Positions 38,036 to 47,832 are shown, numbered from the stretch's first letter. The stretch: DNA of 64,000 nucleotides from Candidatus Woesearchaeota archaeon (GCA_964547875.1 CAZJPE010000002.1:42130-106129), one strand, 5' to 3'. Notes: generated by a model from the letters alone, not told the origin. A program made the numbers and translations.

Positions 38036-39022
38036 TTATTGCTTAAAAATATCGTATCTTTTAGTTAATATCTCTTTATTTTCGTTATACCATGCCATTG
38101 TTTTTTTTATTCCTTGTTCTAAGGAAACTTGAGGATTAAATCCAAGAGCGAGAGCGCGGGAAATATTCATTGTTCTTATTTTATCGCCATAATTTTTAGA
38201 AGTTTCGTATACAATTTTAGGCAACTTATCCGAATTATTTATTATTATTTCCAATGCTTGCTTTATTGTTTGTTTATTGCCAGAACCTAAATTTACCGGA
38301 TTTTCAGGCCCTGGATTTTTTTCCATGACAAGCATCATTCCTCTTGCTACATCGTCCGTATAAACGAAATCCCTTATTTGAGAGCCGTCTCCCCAAACAA
38401 CAATTGGATTTTCTCCATTAAGAATTTTCCTAATTAATGAAGGAATAACCATTGCACTATCTTGAGCAAAGTTATCATAGGGGCCATAAGTATTTGAAGG
38501 ACGGACAATTGATATCTTGCCCCAGTTATATTCAATTTTACATGCTCTTGCCTGGGCTTCTCCAACTCGCTTTGCTAATCCTGTATAAAAATCATTTTCA
38601 GAAAGAGGTATTCTTAATACATCAATTGAATCGTCATAAATCTCTGATGAAGAATAAACTGCATAGCTGCTTGCAAATAAATATCTTTCAACATCTGATT
38701 CTCGCGCTGCTTTTAGAAGATTTGTATTAAACAAGAGCATAGGCTCTAAAAAGCTTAATGGTTTTTCTTTGTTTATTTTAGGAGAACCTTTAATGCATAA
38801 TAGATTAAATACATAATCAATATTTCTACATGCTTTAAGGCAATTTTCATATTTTATTAAGTCCAGATGTAAAAATTCTGCTTCTGGATGGGCTCTTGAT
38901 TTGTCGTCAAGAGATGCTATTCTAACTTCAGCTTCTTCTTTTATTAGATTTTTTACTAGAGGGATGCCTATTAAGCCAGTGCCTCCTGCAACTAAGACTC
39001 TTTTATTTTTGTAGAAGCCCAT
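38036..39022 (-). CDS. NAD-dependent nucleotide-sugar epimerase/dehydratase
   Basis: 328 aa. VLVAGGTGLIGIP Rossmann motif. First gene of the minus-strand operon. Confidence 0.75.
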   Translation of the reverse strand: MGFYKNKRVLVAGGTGLIGIPLVKNLIKEEAEVRIASLDDKSRAHPEAEFLHLDLIKYENCLKACRNIDYVFNLLCIKGSPKINKEKPLSFLEPMLLFNTNLLKAARESDVERYLFASSYAVYSSSEIYDDSIDVLRIPLSENDFYTGLAKRVGEAQARACKIEYNWGKISIVRPSNTYGPYDNFAQDSAMVIPSLIRKILNGENPIVVWGDGSQIRDFVYTDDVARGMMLVMEKNPGPENPVNLGSGNKQTIKQALEIIINNSDKLPKIVYETSKNYGDKIRTMNISRALALGFNPQVSLEQGIKKTMAWYNENKEILTKRYDIFKQ

Positions 39023-39121
39023 GGTTTATGCATCTTTTTATATCTTATAAATATTGCTACATAATTTCTTATGAATTGCTATATCTTTTTAAAAGATATA
39101 ATCTGACAGAAAATAAGTAAA

Positions 39122-40810
39122 ATGAAGAGAATAAGTTTGGAAGAGACGAGCAGGCTGTTGAAGAAAAAGACTGCTTTATGCGCTCTTTGGAATTGTGAAG
39201 ACAGGAAAAACTGGCCTTATCAATTAGGATATCTTGTATATAAGGACTTGTTCAAAGAAGTATTTTTATTCGATCCAAAAGCAGAAAGGCTTAGACATGG
39301 CTCAGAAATTATGAAAAATAAGATGTTTGATATTATAAAAAATAAAAAACCTAATTATGCCTTTTTATTACTGGAGGCAAATGACATTAGCTTGGACACG
39401 CTTGAAAAAATAAAAGAGATATCTCCCAATACAAAAACACTTGCTATATTTGGAGATGATGACATTCATTTTGAAACTCGTTCAAGATATTATGCCTTAT
39501 TTCTTGATTACTGCATATTTTGCCCGATAAAATATTTATCTTCTTATAGAAATGATGGGATTATGAATTCCCTGCCTTTTGCAGGAGGAGTAAATACAGA
39601 AAATTTTAAGCCTTTGAAGCTTGAGAAAAAATATGATGTTGTATGTATTGGAAAGCCTGTGCCTGCGTCAAGAGCTGAGGCAATAAGATTCTTAATTAAA
39701 AATGGAATTAAAGTAAATATCTGGGGCTATGGATGGGACAACTATCCTGAATTTAAGGAAGTATACGGCGGACCGCTTGAACATAACGAGATGGTTAAAG
39801 TAATAAATCAAACTAAGATTTATCTTGGATTTTGCAAGAATAAACTGGGCGAGGCGCATAATACTGGAAAATTCTTTGAAAGCGCTGCGTGTGGAACATT
39901 TTGCCTTGTTGATGAATTTCCTGAATATCAAGAATATTTCAATAATAATGAAATAGTTAATTTCAGCGACAATAATGATTTGCTGAATAAAGCAAGATAT
40001 TATTTGAAAAATGAAAAAGAAAGAGAGAGAATTGCAAGAAACGCACATAAGAAAACAATCAAAAATCATAGCTATCATATGATTTATAGAAAAATTTTCC
40101 AGAGAATTTTTATGATGGAAGATTCTAAGACTCTTCTTAAGCTTGACAATAAAGTTATACGGCTTTCAGAAGAAGACATGAATCTTGATTATTCTTCTAT
40201 TGAAGAAAAATTAAAAGATTATTCTTATGTTTGCTTTTCTGAAGGAAAATCCTTAATACATAAGCATAAAAATTTCCTTCAAGCTTATTCTTTGGAAAAA
40301 ACTGGAAAAGACATAAGCTGCTGCGATTATTTTGTATTTTCTCAAGGAATTGGGAGATATCTTAAATCAGATGCATTTAGGGCTTCCTTAAATGTAAAGA
40401 AAGAAGAATTCAACAAATTGCTGAATATTAATCAGATAATGCTAAGAAAAGAATATTTTATGAGGCATTTTGATAGTTTCAAGAAATTTTATAATCTTGG
40501 CGAGATAAACATAATTGACAAAGATAATGTCGCCTTTATAGAAATTCCTTTAGTGCAAATAAACAGATTGAATAAGATTAGCAAAGACTGCCTATATAAT
40601 CTGGATTCTGTCTCTCTTGAAAATTCATTTCAGTTTAGGTTCATGTTTGAACTTTATTTGCTTTTATATCAAAAAAGACTGCTATTTAATAAATATCTAT
40701 ATAGGCTCGTGATTGAATCTATTATGAAATGGGATACTTTTATTTTAAAATATTTATTTAATTCTCTTTTTAACAAGGAAAAGCGGCTTAGAATCAAAAA
40801 CCTAATTTAA
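39122..40810 (+). CDS. CgeB-like glycosyltransferase (DUF3880 + Glyco_trans_1_2 architecture)
   Basis: 562 aa. The central region (KIYLGF...NTGKFFESAACGTFCLVDEFPEYQEYF...LLNKARYYLKNEKERERIARNAHK) matches the CgeB/YkvP family. Confidence 0.5.
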   Translation: MKRISLEETSRLLKKKTALCALWNCEDRKNWPYQLGYLVYKDLFKEVFLFDPKAERLRHGSEIMKNKMFDIIKNKKPNYAFLLLEANDISLDTLEKIKEISPNTKTLAIFGDDDIHFETRSRYYALFLDYCIFCPIKYLSSYRNDGIMNSLPFAGGVNTENFKPLKLEKKYDVVCIGKPVPASRAEAIRFLIKNGIKVNIWGYGWDNYPEFKEVYGGPLEHNEMVKVINQTKIYLGFCKNKLGEAHNTGKFFESAACGTFCLVDEFPEYQEYFNNNEIVNFSDNNDLLNKARYYLKNEKERERIARNAHKKTIKNHSYHMIYRKIFQRIFMMEDSKTLLKLDNKVIRLSEEDMNLDYSSIEEKLKDYSYVCFSEGKSLIHKHKNFLQAYSLEKTGKDISCCDYFVFSQGIGRYLKSDAFRASLNVKKEEFNKLLNINQIMLRKEYFMRHFDSFKKFYNLGEINIIDKDNVAFIEIPLVQINRLNKISKDCLYNLDSVSLENSFQFRFMFELYLLLYQKRLLFNKYLYRLVIESIMKWDTFILKYLFNSLFNKEKRLRIKNLI

Positions 40811-40985
40811 TATTTCAATAGTGTCAAAAATTTCTGAAACTAATCAGGACTCTATTTCTTCTATTATTTCCTCTTCTGCTAAATGTCCAGTTAATATATT
40901 CAATTTATGAATATTTATATACTTCTAAAAATCTGAACTTTTATTCTGCCATATTATTTTATAAAGGGCTGGATTATACATTTTT

Positions 40986-41672
40986 ATGGAAAAAATTAGC
41001 TGCCATAGCAGTGGAGTTATTATAGAGGCTGAAAAAACTGGCGAATTATTGCTTGGCAGATATGACGAAACATATCCTACAAAATTCTTTAGGGGCGCTG
41101 TAAATTTAATAGGCGGGAATTATGAAAAGAGCGACAAGTCTCCGTTAGAGATATTATTAAGAGAAATTAAGCAGGAGTTTTCATCAAATCAGGAGTATGT
41201 AAATCATAGAGAAGAAAATTTAAGAGACTTTATAGGGGACTGGAGAGCTGCTAAAAAAATAGAATTGTTTGCCAGTGAGGAAGACATATTTTTAATTAAA
41301 AGAGAGATAATTTCCAATATCTCTCCTTATAAAGATTTTTTGTGGGCTTTTCCTTCTATTGAAGGAAGGGATAAATTTGATTCTTTAACAAGCGTATTTA
41401 TTTCTAAGATTGCACAAGATGTTTTTGAATTAGCGCGTGAAAATCTAAAAGAAAGCAGGAGCATAAAAAATGAGGGCTCTGCAGTTATATGCACTTTTAA
41501 AGAGCTTAAACAAGGAAGACTTTTATGTGCTTGGGCAACGCCTTTTATTTTGTCTGATTATAAAAACGTTGAAATCCCAAATAATTACAATGTTAAAGCA
41601 AAATCTATTGGGAAGCCGAGAAATTCAATATTGGAATACGCACGTGAATTTGATTATAGGCTCCCTATTTAA
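40986..41672 (+). CDS. Hypothetical protein with a degenerate Nudix-like box
   Basis: 228 aa. GGNYEKSDKSPLEILLREIKQE is close to the Nudix box but has D instead of the first E and one extra residue. Confidence 0.3.
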   Translation: MEKISCHSSGVIIEAEKTGELLLGRYDETYPTKFFRGAVNLIGGNYEKSDKSPLEILLREIKQEFSSNQEYVNHREENLRDFIGDWRAAKKIELFASEEDIFLIKREIISNISPYKDFLWAFPSIEGRDKFDSLTSVFISKIAQDVFELARENLKESRSIKNEGSAVICTFKELKQGRLLCAWATPFILSDYKNVEIPNNYNVKAKSIGKPRNSILEYAREFDYRLPI

Positions 41673-41718
41673 TGACTTATAATTGTTCTGCTACAAATAT
41701 ATTTATAAACTAAATTAA

Positions 41719-42237
41719 ATGGCTTTCGTTATGGCTATAATTAAATACAATGATTTATCAGAAATAAGAGAACAGCATAGGGACAAAAAAATAGTCTTTT
41801 GCTCTGGAACTTTTGACCTGCCGCATGCAGGACATGTTTTATTTTTTGAGGATTGCAAGAGATATGGAGAGATTCTTGTTGTTGCTCTTGGCGTAGATGA
41901 ACTTACTAGAGAATTTAAAGGCGAAAAAAGACCTATTTTGAATGAACATATCAGATTAAAAACAGTAGATTCATTTAAGCCTGTTGATTATAGCCTGCTT
42001 GTTGGTAGAGATTATCATTCTTCTTCTTATCCGCTTAGCGTATCTACATTCCCAAAATTATTTGATTTGCTAAAACCAAATAAGTGGGTTGTTAATAAAG
42101 ACGCCCAAGACATTCCAATGAGGCATGAGCTGGCTAATAGATTCAATGTAGAATTAATAGTCTTGGAGAGATACTGCCCTAGGGAATTTGAGGATATATC
42201 GACGACAAAACTTATTGAAAAAATAAGAGCATTATAA
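41719..42237 (+). CDS. Cytidylyltransferase-fold nucleotidyltransferase (HldC/RfaE domain II-like or TagD-like)
   Basis: 172 aa. CSGTFDLPHAGHVLFFEDCKRYGEILVVALGVDE...FKGEKRPILNEHIR matches the HxGH nucleotidyltransferases. The KGxxRP segment resembles heptose-1-P adenylyltransferase. Confidence 0.75.
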   Translation: MAFVMAIIKYNDLSEIREQHRDKKIVFCSGTFDLPHAGHVLFFEDCKRYGEILVVALGVDELTREFKGEKRPILNEHIRLKTVDSFKPVDYSLLVGRDYHSSSYPLSVSTFPKLFDLLKPNKWVVNKDAQDIPMRHELANRFNVELIVLERYCPREFEDISTTKLIEKIRAL

Positions 42238-42888
42238 CAATAAATTTTCAATATCATAGATTCTTTCAACTGAAAAATCCGCTTCTTTGAGGTTTTTTCC
42301 AACTGCTATTGTTTTCATTCCTAATGATCTCGGAGGAAGAATGTCTGTCTTTAAATTATCGCCTATGTAAACATGCTCTTGCGCAGAATATCCAGACATA
42401 TTTAAAAAATATGAAAATATGGAGCCATCTAATTTTTTATTTGGCAAGGCGCTATCGCCAAATATTGCATAATCAAATACTTTTTCTTCTATACCTAATT
42501 TTTTTAATCTGGGTATGGCTTGATTAGTTATTGCTGATGTTATCAAAAAAGTTTTGTAATTCTCATGGATTTTATCTAAAAGCTTGGCAATTTTATCATC
42601 TGGCTTTATTAAATCTGTAATATCTGCCCGTGAGATGCATTCATTTATCATTTCTCCTGCATTTGGAAAACTAAGATTTCTTAAGGATTGCGTCCTGCTG
42701 CCTACCTCTGCGTATAGATTATCACAAAGCCTTTTTGCATTTCCTAGATTCAAAAGCTCTGGCTTATACTCAAGAACTTTTTTTGCTATCTCTAATGAGA
42801 TTCTTTCGTCTATTTTTGGATTATTTTGGTATAATGTGCTATCTAAGTCAAATCCCACTAATTTTATATCGGAAAATATAGACAACAT
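42232..42888 (-). CDS. HAD-superfamily hydrolase
   Basis: 218 aa. N-terminal LVGFDLDSTLY (DxD) and C-terminal GDN motif. Confidence 0.75.
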   Translation of the reverse strand: MLSIFSDIKLVGFDLDSTLYQNNPKIDERISLEIAKKVLEYKPELLNLGNAKRLCDNLYAEVGSRTQSLRNLSFPNAGEMINECISRADITDLIKPDDKIAKLLDKIHENYKTFLITSAITNQAIPRLKKLGIEEKVFDYAIFGDSALPNKKLDGSIFSYFLNMSGYSAQEHVYIGDNLKTDILPPRSLGMKTIAVGKNLKEADFSVERIYDIENLLL

Positions 42889-42921
42889 GATTTTTGTCGC
42901 AGAGAGGGGAATATAAAGATT

Positions 42922-43542
42922 ATGCTAAATCATCATACAAATGTATTTAAATTATATCAAAAGAATTTTTATATGCATAATTATCTTATTTTAGTTGCTG
43001 GCTTGCCTGCGACAGGCAAGCAAACTTCTGCGGAAAAACTTGCTAAAAATTTGAATAATTATGTATTAATTGACCAGAATGAGCTTAGAAGAAAGGCAGG
43101 CATCAGAAAAATGCCACAAAAGCAAGACGAGATAAATCGCAAGATAGATAGGATGACTGCTTCTTACCTGAACGAGAGAAAGGGAGTTATAATTCTTGCA
43201 GGACACAGACAAGTTTGCAGAAGAAACCAGCTTTATGGAGTGGCTTCTTGCTGCGGAGCAAATGTTATTGCGTTAGAATGTGTTTGCTCTGAAGCAGAGG
43301 CAAAGAGAAGAATGAGAGCAAGACCAAAAAGCGATGGATTGCTTTCAAAACCGAATGAGCCAAGAGTTTATGATAGAATAAGAGATTTATGGGAAGACAT
43401 AAATATTGACTTTAAATTTCCAGGACAGGATTTTGTTTCTTATGTTGCATATAATACAGAAGAGAATAAAATTTATAGAAATAAAATAACTGAAGGAATG
43501 AATAATTTTGTTGATAAAATGGAGAGAATATTGCTTGGATAA
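42922..43542 (+). CDS. P-loop kinase (AAA_33/zeta-toxin-like fold)
   Basis: 206 aa with Walker A GLPATGKQT. Confidence 0.45.
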   Translation: MLNHHTNVFKLYQKNFYMHNYLILVAGLPATGKQTSAEKLAKNLNNYVLIDQNELRRKAGIRKMPQKQDEINRKIDRMTASYLNERKGVIILAGHRQVCRRNQLYGVASCCGANVIALECVCSEAEAKRRMRARPKSDGLLSKPNEPRVYDRIRDLWEDINIDFKFPGQDFVSYVAYNTEENKIYRNKITEGMNNFVDKMERILLG

Positions 43543-43859
43543 TTTAAATCAGGGGATTGCGTTTGAGGTGTAGGAAATTCATTATTTCTCAATTAGAGAT
43601 ATTTCACTCCATTTATATTGATTATTTATTATAATAATCTCGTTTTTCTTGTGTATAAAATCAATTCCTTCTCTTAAGGTTACATTTATTCCATCATTTT
43701 CAAATAAACCACGAACTATTTTACCATCATGTCTAAAATGGCTGTTATCATGGGCAATATCTCCAGAATTTTCATAATTATTTTCGTAGTAATTATCTTC
43801 TTGATTTTCTAGTGTCGTTATTTGCATTTTTTGTTTTTCTTGGATAAAGTTGTAAGGAT

Positions 43860-44654
43860 TTATTTTATGAATTTCTTCTCTTTTTTTAATTCAATATATA
43901 AATTCTTAAAGAACAAGAAAAAAAGAGGAAGATTAATGAGCTGGACTAAAAATGTAGATAAAATGTACAATAAATTATTAATTATAGAGACACTAACAGG
44001 GGCTGCAACACCATTTAAATTCAGAGTTAAAATATATGTTGTTGTTGGAAGTGATATTAAGCCGCCTAATAGTTGAATTAATGATAAGATTAATATTATA
44101 AGAATAAAATAGCCAAAAATTCTCCACCATCTGCCTTTAACTAATTCTCTGCTTCCCCTTAAACTCTTACGAATGCCATTTTTTTCTTCGTAATAAACAT
44201 AAATTCCAAAAATCCAATATATTAAAAAGATAATTCCTGGAATTATCAACAATATGAACAATCCTAATAAAAATATCATCATAACAACGGTAAATCCTAA
44301 ATATTTAAGATAAAAACTGCTTCCTTCTGAAGTTAGATCTTTGAATTTAAATTTTGCTTTTTTAAGAGGTGCTGAAGTAAAGCCTGCATAAACAAAAAAT
44401 GATATGAATAAAGATATTATTCCTAATATTATATTGGAAATGAAAAATGGAATGTTATGTATTAAACCTCTTGATTGTAATGCTGGGTTTAGAATAATAA
44501 TAAGAACATCTTTATCAAAGAAAGCCCATATCCATTGTATGCCGTATATGATTATTAGAGGCAATAAATTAAAGAAGAACATAAAAGTAAATATTGCTTT
44601 AAAATTTTCTTTATAATCTTTCCATGATTTTTTGAATATCTCTGTGAATTTCAT
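43860..44654 (-). CDS. Polytopic membrane protein, hypothetical
   Basis: 264 aa with 6 or more TM helices. Confidence 0.35.
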   Translation of the reverse strand: MKFTEIFKKSWKDYKENFKAIFTFMFFFNLLPLIIIYGIQWIWAFFDKDVLIIILNPALQSRGLIHNIPFFISNIILGIISLFISFFVYAGFTSAPLKKAKFKFKDLTSEGSSFYLKYLGFTVVMMIFLLGLFILLIIPGIIFLIYWIFGIYVYYEEKNGIRKSLRGSRELVKGRWWRIFGYFILIILILSLIQLLGGLISLPTTTYILTLNLNGVAAPVSVSIINNLLYILSTFLVQLINLPLFFLFFKNLYIELKKEKKFIK

Positions 44655-45121
44655 TATGTTAACCTATTATCTAAAATCTCGCAGTTTTCACAACTATCAA
44701 TAGAACAAAGTGAAAGTGAATAATCATCAATTAATTTGTTATTTGTTATATATAACTGTGCATTTTTATAGGATGTTGATGCAACATTTCCTAAATTACT
44801 AGTAGTTTTTGTTATTGGTATATCGCTCTTATAATTTCCTTCTGCATCTGCGTCGTAAATTCCACAGGTCATTACTATATTTTTTACTTCTTCGTATCCA
44901 TAATTATAAAGTATGACATCAACTATTATTTCTGAGGAATTATATTCATTCTCTCCCCATTTCTTATTTATATAGGTTACAAGTGCTTTTTCATCGTCAG
45001 AGAAAATACTTCTATTAAGTGTTTGGACAATAGGGACTTTTTGGCGTATTTCGATAAATAGCAATGTTAATAAGATTATAATTGCCAAAAGAAGAATAGA
45101 AAATACTGCTTGCCATTTCAT
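44654..45121 (-). CDS. Membrane-anchored hypothetical protein with a Cys-rich C-terminus
   Basis: 155 aa. N-terminal TM and CSIDSCENCE at the C-terminus. Confidence 0.3.
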   Translation of the reverse strand: MKWQAVFSILLLAIIILLTLLFIEIRQKVPIVQTLNRSIFSDDEKALVTYINKKWGENEYNSSEIIVDVILYNYGYEEVKNIVMTCGIYDADAEGNYKSDIPITKTTSNLGNVASTSYKNAQLYITNNKLIDDYSLSLCSIDSCENCEILDNRLT

Positions 45122-45344
45122 TATTTAATGAACAAAATTTTATTTATATATCTTTCTTTTTTCTCATTGATAAAACAACATAGATATTTAAAAATAAAAA
45201 AAACAGAGTCAAACTTAAAATAGTTTTCTTAACCATCTCTTTTTTATTTAAAAGTGCAGAGATATATAAGCCTTTAGAATATCACTGATTTTAATAGAAA
45301 AATCTTACAATAATCTTTATATATGACTATTTCTGGCGATTTAA

Positions 45345-46265
45345 ATGAGAACTTTAGATTATGGCGTTATAGAAGGATTGTCTGAAAAATTTTCAAAGGA
45401 GGAAAATTTGTCGCTTTTCGAAAAAATGTGCTCAATACGGGCATTTGAATATAATGTAGCTGATGTTTTTGAGGCTGATTTTGAAAAAATGCCTGTTTAT
45501 TTATCAGTTGGAAGCGAGGCAGTTGCAGCTGCATTGGCCCTTTCTTATGGAAAGAAAAATCCTTCTATTTTTGCGCAGCATAGAGCTCATAGTTATTATA
45601 TTGCTTTCGGAGGCAATCTTGAGTCTCTTGTTGACGAGATGCTGCACAGACCAACAGGCTGCGCCTATGGAATGGGCGGCTCTGCTTCAATTCATTCTCC
45701 TGAAATTAAGATGCATGGGCATGACGGATTTATGGGAACACAGGTGCCCTTTGGAGTTGGCAGAATTTTTGCTGCCAATTATAGAGATAAAGAAAACAAA
45801 GAATATGGCTTGTGCATTATGGGAGATGCTTCTGTAGAAGAGGGCTATGTTTTTGGAGGTTTGGGATTTGCAGCACACAAAAATCATAAGATGCCTATTT
45901 TATTTGTATGCGAGGATAATAATCTCTCTGTTCTTACTAAAAAAGAAGTGAGAAGGAATTGGGAATGCTCTAATCTTGCAAAAAGCCTTGGCATGGAAAC
46001 AATTGAAATAGCAGATAATCCCTGGACAATCATGCATTATGCTAATGAACTTAAAAATAATCTGCCTGCGTTCATGAACATTCATTTAGTAAGGATTTTA
46101 AGACATGTAGGAAGCAAAAGTGATGGCTCTCCTGAATGGGACCGACTTGAGCTAACAAAACAGGAGCTTAAAAGAATAGGCTTGGGAATAGAAGCGGAAG
46201 AAATAGAAAGAAAGACAAAAAGATACACAGATAACTTATGGAAAAGAAAATTGGAGGAGTATTAA
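45345..46265 (+). CDS. TPP-dependent 2-oxoacid/acetoin dehydrogenase E1 alpha-like subunit
   Basis: 306 aa. TPP motif MGDASVEEG...CEDNN and E1 alpha-type VGSEAV / HRAH segments. Confidence 0.7.
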   Translation: MRTLDYGVIEGLSEKFSKEENLSLFEKMCSIRAFEYNVADVFEADFEKMPVYLSVGSEAVAAALALSYGKKNPSIFAQHRAHSYYIAFGGNLESLVDEMLHRPTGCAYGMGGSASIHSPEIKMHGHDGFMGTQVPFGVGRIFAANYRDKENKEYGLCIMGDASVEEGYVFGGLGFAAHKNHKMPILFVCEDNNLSVLTKKEVRRNWECSNLAKSLGMETIEIADNPWTIMHYANELKNNLPAFMNIHLVRILRHVGSKSDGSPEWDRLELTKQELKRIGLGIEAEEIERKTKRYTDNLWKRKLEEY

Positions 46266-47236
46266 ATGTAAAAATGACAGAGCAACTGCGTGAAACAATA
46301 AGAATAATATCTAGAAAACATTTGGAAGAGAATAACGGCTTATTATTAGGCCAATGCTTAACTGCAGTCGGGTGGGTTGGAAATACTATTCCTGAAATGC
46401 CTGAGAATAAGGGACTCGTAGAACTTTCAATGGATGACACATTTGCAGGATATTTTATATCTGGCATTGCTGCAGGAGACAAAGTCAGGCCTATTTATGT
46501 TGTTAGATATCAAGGCTTTCAATGGTTTAATGCAGTGGGCATTGTTAATTATGCTGCCAAGTCTAAGGAAATGTGGAAAATACCATGTCCTGTATTTGTA
46601 AGATCAATTGCAATGGAAGGAGGAGGCAGAAAAGGGAGAGACGAGAGAGCTATAGGACCTGTTGCTTCTGCAAGTCATCATGGAATATTTTACAGAATGC
46701 CTGGAATTCCGATTTGCGCGCCTGCAACTCCGAAAGAATACGAATCAATATGGAATCATTTTATGAATCATGACGATCCGCTTTATGTCAGCGAGCACAG
46801 AAGAGTTTGGGATGTTGATTATGAAATGCAAGATACATTGGAAAAAGATGCAGACATTACGCTATTTCCGATTTCTGCAACAAGATTAAATGCTCGCGAA
46901 GCTGTTGGAAGATTGGAAAAAGAAGCTGGAATTAAATGTAATGTAGTGAATTTGTTATGGCTAAAACCTCTTGATTTGAATAAAAAAGATGAAAAAATAG
47001 AATATTCCTTGAATAATTCAAGATGTGGGGGATTGGTCTTAGACGGAGATTACATAAACGGCGTTGCGAAAAATATAGCTTACGAGCTTATGCATAAATA
47101 CGAAAAGAAAATTTATGCGCTTGGTTTAGAAGAGAGAGCGTCTGGATTTGCGCCCTGGAATAATAATTTAGCGCCTACGCCTGATAGAATATATAGTTAT
47201 GTTAGATGGTTAGTTGGTAAGAATAAGAAGACATAG
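46238..47236 (+). CDS. E1 beta-like / transketolase-like Pyr-domain subunit
   Basis: 332 aa with pyrimidine-binding and C-terminal transketolase-like domains. An alternative start at 46274 would remove the overlap with E1 alpha. Confidence 0.65.
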   Translation: MEKKIGGVLNVKMTEQLRETIRIISRKHLEENNGLLLGQCLTAVGWVGNTIPEMPENKGLVELSMDDTFAGYFISGIAAGDKVRPIYVVRYQGFQWFNAVGIVNYAAKSKEMWKIPCPVFVRSIAMEGGGRKGRDERAIGPVASASHHGIFYRMPGIPICAPATPKEYESIWNHFMNHDDPLYVSEHRRVWDVDYEMQDTLEKDADITLFPISATRLNAREAVGRLEKEAGIKCNVVNLLWLKPLDLNKKDEKIEYSLNNSRCGGLVLDGDYINGVAKNIAYELMHKYEKKIYALGLEERASGFAPWNNNLAPTPDRIYSYVRWLVGKNKKT

Positions 47237-47282
47237 TCTTTAGAATAAAAAAACTTTTAAACTAGCAATTCTGAACTTTTAA

Positions 47283-47813
47283 ATGAAGAAGGCGCTAATA
47301 TTGGCTGGAAAATTCGTGCAGGATCATGAATTTATTTATCCATATTACAGACTACAGGAAGAGGGCTTTAAAGTGACTGTTGCAAGTGAGGATGGGCAGG
47401 AAACAGTTGGAGCTGTTGGAATAAAAATTCCAGTAAACGAAAAAATTGAAAATATAAATCAAGAGGATTATGATTTGTTAGTTATCCCTGGAGGAGCAAA
47501 GGCAATGGAATATATGAGGCAGAATAAAAAGATCATTGATTTGATAAGCGGGTGGAATAAAAAGGGAAAGATAATTGCTGCAATTTGCCATGGAAGCCAA
47601 TTGCTTATTTCTGCAAAAGTAGTAAAGAATAGAAAATTAAGCGGATATTACAGTATAAAAGATGACATTAGCAATGCTGGGGCAGATTATGTGGATGCTC
47701 CGTTTGTTACAGATAAAAATATTATTACCTCGCCCCATTATAAGCATCTTGGGCCTTGGATGAAAGAAGTTTTTGGAGTGTATAAAAGAAAATATGGTGA
47801 TTTTAACAATTAA
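47283..47813 (+). CDS. DJ-1/PfpI family protein
   Basis: 176 aa with the AICHGSQLL nucleophile elbow. Confidence 0.85.
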   Translation: MKKALILAGKFVQDHEFIYPYYRLQEEGFKVTVASEDGQETVGAVGIKIPVNEKIENINQEDYDLLVIPGGAKAMEYMRQNKKIIDLISGWNKKGKIIAAICHGSQLLISAKVVKNRKLSGYYSIKDDISNAGADYVDAPFVTDKNIITSPHYKHLGPWMKEVFGVYKRKYGDFNN

Positions 47814-47832
47814 CAATTCGGAATTGGATAAT

